Assembly (NCBI GenBank): GCA_009103225.1
Contig: RHPI01003020.1
Span: 175,446-239,445 of the forward strand
Source: Chlorokybus atmophyticus
Taxonomy: Eukaryota; Plantae; Mesostigma and Chlorokybus algae
Direction of reading: 5' to 3'
DNA: 64,000 bases
In this document: positions 55,561 through 64,000 of the stretch, one piece after another
Layout: every line of letters begins with the position of its first letter
Position numbering within the stretch: position 1 is the first letter of the stretch
The notes under the pieces: model-generated
What the model was told of the DNA's origin: nothing
The model's input: the letters and a program-made list of their open reading frames with translations, nothing else
The model's database searches: none
Position numbers and translations under genes: made by a program

Positions 55561-56102
55561 AACCACATGCCAGAACACTGTGTGGCACTGTCAGCAGCAA
55601 TACCACTGCCTGGTTGTACCAATCTGCACATATGCGTATGTCTTTACTGCCTCTGCTTTATAAGCAGAGGCAGTAAAGAAGCAGAGTCAACCCTATACAG
55701 GCATCCGATGCATGAGTCATGCATGTGCAGAACACTGTGATTCACCTTTTGTACAGAAAAGGCAACTTGTTCTGAAAACAGCACAGTCTCTAGTGTCTAG
55801 CAAGAGCACCTTACTCATGCTAGTGACTTGCAGCTTTACTGATGAAAGAGTAGCTGGCTGAGGTACCCAGACATGACTCTCAGCAGCGCGACTCGGACTT
55901 ATTGGACAAGTATTTCTTTTGTAAAGATCCATATTGCTGATGCACACTTATTACTTTCAGGCAAGAATCGAGTCATGAAGATACCCCTACTGTGGGCAAC
56001 CGCAGCATGGGTCAGCATGAGTCAGGGTTAGCTTGGTGGAGACATGACTTGCTTGTCGCTGTGTAGGCCGACAGCGCAAGATGCAGATGCGGCTCCAGCA
56101 GC

Positions 56103-57404
56103 TCAATCGCTGGCGTTTGCTTCTCGGGGGCGCTTTCTGATACGCATGCAGCGAACCACATCTTTCACAAAGGGTCTGGCTCCATTATCAAAAACATAAC
56201 CTGCTCCATCTCCAGCTAGATCTGTTGCAACTTCAACCGCCTTGTGCTTGCAGCATGATGACAGGATGCGAAGCGCCGCCAGATGCTGCTCGTAATCCTC
56301 TGACTCCAGCATGTTGCGCACGCATGCATGAGTTGAAGAGGTAGCAGAGTCTACTATGACGTCTAGAACACGCCCAGCCAAGTCCTGAACATATGAGTTT
56401 GAGGATTGCAGCAACCTTGCGAGCGCCTGTACCCCACCTGCTCTGGCAACTCGCATCGCAGTACCACTGTTTATGCTCGCTAAAGCCCGCAGCATACCCA
56501 ATGTTGATGTAACAACATAGTGCCACCCTGGTGACCACTGGTCTGTCTCTAGAAGCCTGATCGTGGCCTCAATACCGCCAGCATCAACAATTCTGAGCGC
56601 TGTCAATTCTTCATCTGCCAGGTCTTGGAGCAAAAGTGCTACAGTCGCATGGAAGTAATCATCTGAATGCAAATGCTCCACCAGAGCCTCTACATCATCC
56701 CCCAAGGCGTTTGCAATGTTACGTCTGCAAGCGGTAATCAATGCCAGGACCCTCAGCGTGCATGCAGCGCCCACTTGGACCGACCTTGACTTACTGATCA
56801 TTAGAAGCTGCACAAGGGGTGGTATTGCACCAGCGTCCGCAACTTCCTGTGCAGCCACGCCAGCACATGACGAGAGCAGCGAGATAATAATAACAGCCAG
56901 ATCATTCGCGTTACGCGTTTCCATGCAATACTCTTCATTCGCAGCCATGGCGTCACCAATGACCAGTTGATGCACAAGAGGCTTTATGCCGCCCGCACGT
57001 ACTATGTCACGTACGTGACATGGCTTGAGAGAAAGCTGGGCAAGCACGCACATAGCCCCCACCTTGACCTTTTCGCAATCGGATTGAAGGAGCTGTACCC
57101 AAAGTGGGAAGCCCGCAATGACATCCGCCTGGACTGTATTGGGGGTGAAGGCGCTCTGACTGTCTGTGTAGTATGCCAACTTGCAGACTAAGTCAAGGAC
57201 TTCAGTCTTGCGCTCTTCACAGCTGATCTCCTTTACAGCACCCAGTAAATCAGGGACCACGCCGGCACTGAGCATCTCCTTTCTGCCCTCAGGATGGTCA
57301 ACTTTGTCCCTTAACGATCCGAGGATGAAGGCCATAAGCCTCGTTTGGGACCCGTTCGCTGCCTGCTGAGCATGCTGTAAGCCGCTGGCTGCAGTGTCTC
57401 TCAC
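56103..57404 (-). CDS. ARM-repeat protein copy D; the only uninterrupted ORF of the cluster
   Basis: 433 open codons with armadillo-type repeats (AGGIKPLVHQL, AGAIPPLVQLL, DAGGIEATIRLL, AGGVQALARLL) and C-terminal RKRPR. The ORF-track start is GTG; the first in-frame ATG is 57335, and an upstream ATG at 57460 is out of frame unless spliced. Confidence 0.7.
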   Translation of the reverse strand: MRDTAASGLQHAQQAANGSQTRLMAFILGSLRDKVDHPEGRKEMLSAGVVPDLLGAVKEISCEERKTEVLDLVCKLAYYTDSQSAFTPNTVQADVIAGFPLWVQLLQSDCEKVKVGAMCVLAQLSLKPCHVRDIVRAGGIKPLVHQLVIGDAMAANEEYCMETRNANDLAVIIISLLSSCAGVAAQEVADAGAIPPLVQLLMISKSRSVQVGAACTLRVLALITACRRNIANALGDDVEALVEHLHSDDYFHATVALLLQDLADEELTALRIVDAGGIEATIRLLETDQWSPGWHYVVTSTLGMLRALASINSGTAMRVARAGGVQALARLLQSSNSYVQDLAGRVLDVIVDSATSSTHACVRNMLESEDYEQHLAALRILSSCCKHKAVEVATDLAGDGAGYVFDNGARPFVKDVVRCMRIRKRPREANASD

Positions 57405-58360
57405 AGAAGAAGGGCGCTCGCCCTGTTATGGCTATCTGACAAACCAACCTGTTGCGCCATGCTTGTGATTGTGTGCTAGCTCTGGTAGACGGCAGCACGA
57501 AGGCTGATTGCATGCGGCAGACTGCTTTGCACACTTTGTCAGTTGATTGAACTGCTGAGGCGGCCTTGACGTGGCACACTCAATGCGAACACTGCTGGTT
57601 TAACGTCAACACCTACAAACACCGCAAGAACAGTCACAAGTAGTACACGCACATGCCAGCTTCTGCATGTACTACTTGCACAAGCTGCGTGTATTGCAAG
57701 CTTTCACAGCAACAAGCTACTGCCTCCTTCCGCTATATACAGCAGCAGCCTCCCAACTAGGGTCTACACCAACAGCGCCAGCAGCATGCACCGTTGTTGC
57801 AGCACATGACGGCAAAGACAGCTACGACCCTAGCTGAGCTTCAACCACGCAACAAACAGGCCCTCTCCGCCGAAGCAGCGCAACAGTTAGCTTCTGCGGC
57901 CACCCTCAGCGTAACAGGGACACCCACACCAACACTCTCACCTGCAATTACCAGCAACTGGGCGGTGCCCGTCTAGCTTTGTGACGACCTTTTCACCTCC
58001 GCCGCTCGTTGCAGAGCCCGTCACAAGCACGGGCAGACAAGTATCACCTGCCGCCAATCAACCAGCCAGCTCTCCCAACCGCCACCTCCGCCGCCGCTGC
58101 CGCCCGAGCCACCGCTCCCGCCGCTTGGTGCATGTGCATGCAAACGGTACAAGGTGACGCAAGCTTACAACTCGACGCATGCTTGGCAGCGTTGGTGGCG
58201 TTGAAGCTGACTTGCGTGGGTACTTGAATGATTGTGCAATTGTTGCTGCCCTCTGGATGTTGCAATCTTAATTTACATTAATCTTGCTGTGCACAAAGGG
58301 CCCCCCCCCCCTTTGGTGTGCACTTCAAAGTTCTTGTAGTTGTGTTGTGCTTATTTATAG

Positions 58361-58550
58361 GTAAGCGTTGCTGGGCAACAGCTCGAGTGTCACAACGGTC
58401 GCATTGCTTTTGCCTGCTTGCTCGTAATTTATGCGGTGGAGGCTCAGGACAACATCTGATCGGAAGTGCCTCCCCATAGCTGGTGATTACGTTGAAGGCC
58501 AGCGCTACAGCACTGTATCTGTCAAGGCATGTTCATCACACTTTGTTTCA
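58361..58550 (+). pseudogene. Duplicated terminal exon of DNMT2 (non-functional fragment)
   Basis: ag|gtaagcgttgctgggcaacagctcgagtgtcacaacggtcgcattgct aligns with ag|gtatgcgctgttgggcaacagcttgagcgtcacggtagtcgcgttgct at 47910 onward. The Tyr codon has become TAA and there is a frameshift. Similarity continues into the 3' UTR. Confidence 0.85.
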
Positions 58551-59834
58551 GCTGTCCTTAACATGTCAGTGGAACAGTCTAGCCTACCGTCGGGCCAAGC
58601 CAGCGCAACAAAGTGCCCACACCAGAGAGCATTGTGCCTCTGCCGATTACAGCCATCAAGTCTTGTTCGGACACGCGTGCTGCTGCAGCAGCTGCTTGAA
58701 GACAATGTAACGGTCTGTGACATGGTGTAGTTTGTTCAGAGCTGCGGACTATGTGAGTTAAGTTAGCGTAGGGAGCTTAGCTATGCTATCTCTTCATGTC
58801 CTTTTGTATGTGTGGTGCATGTCACAGACCGTTACACACGATGTGCACCCCCTAGCCGAGACACCTCCTAGTGCTAGGCATCACTATGTGAGTCTGTGCA
58901 AACCATATGAACATTGTCACATGCGCAGGGTGGCGCCTGCATGCCCAAAACGCTATTAATGGCCACATCACCGCCTGGTTATCCCACTTACAGCAGATTT
59001 GTTCATGCGGTAGAGGAGAAGCAGCATGGACATATATCACCACAACCGTAGACAACAGGTCAAGTACGACATATACTGCCTATGTACATATTAATAGGGT
59101 TTGCGCATGTGGTGCTGCTCCGTTGCTATTTGGTGTCACATCGTGGCATGCGTAGTGGTTCATGTTAAAGGCCGCTGCACATTATGAGCACCCTTCAGGC
59201 AAGGTAGCCATCGGCTTGGTGCGACTGCCTGTAGCAAGCAATTAGCAGTATGCTGGAACACGTGTCCATGTGTATGGATTGTTCCAGATGGTTTGATTGG
59301 CGGTCAATGTGGGCACCCATCAACCATACAGCGACAGTCACCGCATCCGGCAGGCAGCGCCTGCATATCTGGTATGCTGTTGATAGCATGACTCCTAGGC
59401 CTGGTAGGGTTCTTGATAACTCACAAGTTTAATGCACAATCTACCAGCAAAAACGTAAAGGGGTCCACCCACACGTCAAAGTTAGCGTTGCTTGTCTGCT
59501 GGTTACTTGCAATACGGCACATAGCTGCCTACCCAGTACACATTGGCCTTATGTACACTCTCTGTTTTATTCTGTTTGAGTAACGCAAAAAATCAAGCAC
59601 ATCACAAGCGCGCCGACACTAAGTAAGAACCAGCTGGCTTACATGACGATGAATGCAAGTGTCGCTGACTCTTAACAGCTAGACAAATGCTACTCAGGCA
59701 CTGCTTACAACGTTGAACACCACTGTACGCTTGTGAAAAAACGGCGCCCGAGTGCAGCATAGCTTGCATATGGCATGTCACTTGCCTGCTGCAACAACAA
59801 CAATTGCAACATGTTGACAGGTAAGCATGAAGTC

Positions 59835-61110
59835 TCAATTGGCAGCCTGAGGGTCGTTGGCATCTACTGTGCGGAGGCGCTTCCGGGAGTCACTCATGCA
59901 GCGCATAACATCTCCCAATGAGGGTTGAGCCCCTTCTTCAATAACATTGCCTGCATCATTCATCGCAAAGTCTTGTGCATTGGCCTTGCGCTTGCAGCAA
60001 CAAGACGTGATTCAGAGCGCAGCCAGCTGCTGCTTGTAATCCTCTGACTCCCACATGTTGCGCATGATAGGCTCAATAACCACGGTAGTTGAGCTTATCA
60101 TGACGTGAAGGATATACTCAAGAATACGCTCAGCAGCAGATTGAACACTTGGTTGTTGCATTGAATGAGCCTCGTGAGCGCCTTTCTGCCACTGGCTTCA
60201 GCAACTCTTTTTGTAATGGAGTTGTTGCTTGGCACCATGCGACTCAAAGTACATAAAGATGAACAGCGTACCCTCTTTCTATCTGACTCCAGACACTTGA
60301 CCAAAGCTTCAATGCAATCAACATCCACGATGTCAAGCACCGCTACCTCATCTTTTGCCAGGTTGGTAAGCAACTCCACCTCAAACCAGCACATTTGGTT
60401 GTCATCAGATTGCGAATGCCCGACCAGTGCCTGCACACCACCTTTCGACGCCTGTGCAATGTCCTGTCGGCAATGAGGATTGTACGACATGTTCTTCAAC
60501 GCGGGTGCAGCCTTCATTTGCACCCTGCTTGTTATATTATTGGACACATTGGACAGCAGAAGTTGCAGGGTAGGTGGTACTACCGCCAGCTCGCACGACT
60601 GCCCATGCGGACACGGCATCCACTGCCAAAGTACTTAACAAACTCAGTGCACACTGCTGGCCAGTGGATTCGTTGGTGGCCAGTTGTCCCACGGCTTGCT
60701 TCAGGTAGCTGCAAGTCACTATGTTACGATAGTCTTCACGACAGTGAATTCTGTCAGCATCAGAGCCTTCATTGAACATCCAGTCATCCAAACTCCTAGC
60801 GCCCACCTTGACCTCTCCGCAGCTGAACTGTACTTCAGATGTGACGAAAGCGGGAAGCAGAGCGCCAGAAAGTGAACGACATCCCTCTCAACTGTGCCAC
60901 GCAGAACATGGGCTGTCTTCGTAGGACGCCAGTTTGCAAAAAAACTCAAGGAGCGCCTGTGCATGCATCGCAATCGACAGAGACCATAATCCTGTTGATA
61001 GAGATCAGGGCGGAGACAACACCCGCATTGAGCAACTCCTGACTGCCGCTGGAGTCATCTGCCTTGGCCCTTAGCTGGCAAAGAAGATGCACTAGCAACC
61101 TAGCCTTGGC
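59835..61110 (-). pseudogene. ARM-repeat gene copy E (frameshifts and premature stop)
   Basis: Pieces ARLLVHLLCQLRAKADDSSGSQELLNAGVV, EFFCKLASYED, GGVQALVGHSQSD..DCIEALVKCL, and RNMWESEDYKQQLAAL*ITSCC..DVMRCMSDSRKRLRTVD. Confidence 0.82.
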
Positions 61111-63059
61111 ACCCTGGCCAGTCTCTGGGGCATGCAAGTTGCTTGCTGCGATGTGCATTAAGTGGACAAGGATGATGGCACTCTCAGGGCTTGTTGATGA
61201 GCAAATGTGCCATTAACTTGCTCGTAGGCTGTGGAAGCTGCTGCTGGTGTTACTGCCTGTAAAGGACAAGTCAACGACATGCACGCTGCTGTCGTATAAT
61301 CGTCCAGCTGACATTGTTTTTAAAAATGCGTGGTATTGGCGTAAGAGCATGCCACTGCATGGTAGCATTGACACTGTACCTCCAACCAGCACAAGCGGAA
61401 GTATGCAAAAGATAGGCAAAGATACTCTGATCACTATGGCCCAGTGGCAACATTTGTTGTGCTCCTAGCTGTATACACAAGCAAGCCGTTTGACCCAGAG
61501 TTCAAAGCCGACACGCAGTGTGAAGGGCAGTGTCGTGCTATAGGAAAGGATAATAAGGGACATCTTGCTGACGATGATCAACTCCTCAACGTGACTACTC
61601 TCAATAAAAGAACAGCATGCTTGGCTAACGTAAGCACCCTCAAACTCATGGAGACCTAGCCTGCAACCTTACCAGCAGCGGTTGCTAGCAACCACATTGC
61701 AAGCCGGTCGCTCCACCACGCACGCCGGTGACCATCACAGACACACGCAAACCACCAACATTCGGCGACTGACGGACAGCTTCCCCAATCGCCACCACCT
61801 TCCCTGCTCCCGCCCCCTCCCCTGCCGCCTAGGGCACCGCTCTCGCCAACACTGCCGCCTGTCAGGCTTATAGTCACTCCGCTAAGCACACATGCAAAGC
61901 GGTTGAACTTGATTTTGGTCGAGCGTGAACGGGTTTACAACCGGCCCCGGATTGATTCAAGCTTGCTTTGGAGCTGACTGCCTGTCTTTTCAGGGTTGTG
62001 CAAGCAGACAAGTGAATTGCAGTTTGCGTGTATGCGCGCTATACGATATATGGCATGCTGTCAATTCGTGTTTGCCTTCGCTTGTTGACAACGATGAGAG
62101 AGACCGAATGCTCTTGCCAACGTGCCCGCTAATCTTTTGTCTATGCTTGACAAGCATAGCCAAAGCCGCGGGGTGGGGGGGTGGTGTGGGGGGTTGGGAG
62201 GTATGTGTGACTAGCCTTGATGTTCTCAAATGACTTTGATATTAATACGTCCATCAACACTTGGCACTCCGGAAGTTCATACTTCAAAACCCATGTACAA
62301 ATGGCCCGCTGGTTCATATGCACTTTCTTCGCTATTGCACAACAGCCTATCCATGCACGCCACCGCATACTCACAATACACACAGTATGCTATCTTGTAT
62401 ACACATTGCCATACGCACACACTCTACCCTACACCATCACACAGTGCCACGTCTTCTCGTCGTCGTCGCACACGTACACACGCGGTGTGAGCGTGGTGAC
62501 GCAGTCCCCCCCCCNNNNNNNNNNNNNNNNNNNNNNNNNNNNNNNNNNNNNNNNNNNNNNNNNNNNNNNNNNNNNNNNNNNNNNNNNNNNNNNNNNNNNN
62601 TCCCCCCCCCTCCCCCCCCCCCCCCCGGGCGCTGCGTCACCACGCTCACACTGTCGCCAATGCTGCCATCACCGCGTTCACCTCCATTGTCAGCTAAGTT
62701 CCTCGCATTGGCTCCCAACCCGACTCCGCTGCAACCGCCGCCGCTTCCTGCTCGTGCCAGTGCCTGCCGTTGCTGTAACACCGCCACAAAGCATGCACCG
62801 CCATAAAGGCACTTAGACGACGTACATGCAGCACCGGCATCTGCACCCGGCGTTCCACTGCAGCAACTGTTTGAATGCGATGTGGAAGGCAATTGCGTGG
62901 CTGTCTCTGCTGTGCTGTTGGCAGTTGTATATATAGAACCGCTCTTCACAAGTTGGACAGCATGGCGGCATTGACACGGTTCTCCACAGGAACAGTGCTT
63001 TAAAAGCTACAACCACAGCGGCAAACATCACACCCACGAAGTGGACATGGACAAGCACA

Positions 63060-63900
63060 TCTTCTCTCTTACTCTCTTATGCTCACATCCACAATCTATC
63101 AGTTCCTGCAGCTGTACACGGAAGCAGCCTCGCAACTGCGACTTGCACTGACAAACCAGAGCAGCATGCAGCATCCATTGCGCCACTTGACGTCGATGAC
63201 AGGCAGCTTCTGCGTTACCTCAGCATCAGTTCGCAAGATAACCCTTGAAATATGCATGCTCTCTCCGCTTAAGCAACAGCAAGAGCAGTACGACACGTGT
63301 AGCTGCCGTCAGACTGACGGGGGACATTCTCACCGAAACCCTGCACCAGTTGCCAGCACGGCGCCCCTCTCGCAGTCGCTTCTGTTCCGCTTCTGTTCCT
63401 CCCAACCTCGCACCACAAACACCGTCACCGGCTCAGCCAAACAGCCACTTATCCAAGCAACCAAACGCCCCGCTTCCCTAACGCCCCCTCGCCCGCCACC
63501 ACCGCTACCGCTGCTCTGGCCGTCCCGTACTCTGCCGCTCACGTCACTCACATGCACATCGGTTCGAGCTTGATCTCAGTCGGGCGCGAACGGGTTTTCA
63601 ATTGGCCCCAGACGGACCCGAATGCAGTGCTTGGTTTGGAGGTCGACTACCTGTCTTGTCAAGCTTGTGTCACAAGTTGTGTGTAAGTTGTGTGCAAAGA
63701 AGCTGTGGAGGTTGCAACGTGCGTGCGTGCATGCGAGCGCGTGTTCTTCAATTGCAATTGTGTATGTGTTCACTTGTTGAGAAAACAAGCGTCAACTTCA
63801 AGTGTGGAGTAACCCAATGCTCTTGGCAACATGCCCATTGTTAACTTTGTTATATGCTTGACAAGCATAGCTGGAGCCTGCGCGTGCACCCACTGACCTG
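63060..63900 (-). repeat. Leader/promoter-only sixth unit of the ARM cluster (no coding remnant seen)
   Basis: 63545-63870 aligns with 61880-62160, and the reverse complement of 63100-63290 aligns with the copy B leader at 51200-51350. Confidence 0.65.
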
Positions 63901-64000
63901 TTGATTACATGCTTGACAAGCATGGCTTAAGCGTGCACGCGGGAGAAGGAGGCCCCCAACACACACACACTTTGCCCCGAAGGGTGTGTGTGTTTTGGGG

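Noticed and set aside
48860-61110. Retrocopy origin for the intronless ARM genes
   Set aside because: Upstream modules, leaders and 3' flanks are co-duplicated and no poly-A tails or TSDs are visible, so the local copies are DNA-level duplicates. A retro-origin of the founder cannot be excluded.

Overview
Intron-rich eukaryotic DNA, most likely from a green alga with a flagellate stage (inferred from plastid transit peptides, plant-type SR45/NDR/Lin0512 genes, telo-box motifs and the dynein-arm assembly factor CFAP300). Positions 1-48035 are a compact run of spliced genes, mostly in divergent pairs: a PWWP-domain gene, a Lin0512-family gene, a laforin/SEX4-like phosphatase, SR45, a divergent UBA1-like E1, TRPC4AP, an NDR kinase, a hydrophobic protein with an HNH-like Zn-nuclease motif, CFAP300, kinesin-14, WDR89 and DNMT2. 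A complete, young 526-bp TRIM retrotransposon lies at 18099-18624 (79-bp LTRs, 5-bp TSD, tRNAiMet PBS, PPT); it carries A-box and B-box matches at tRNA spacing across its LTR/PBS junction. Positions 48.2-64 kb are an accessory birth-and-death cluster: five ARM-repeat gene copies (four clearly broken, one long ORF), a leader-only sixth unit, a duplicated DNMT2 terminal exon and several palindromes. Gene models were hand-spliced from GT-AG signals and remembered family motifs. No database searches were run, so start codons and some small exons are approximate. There are three N gaps: 9848-9969, 46093-46269 and 62515-62600.
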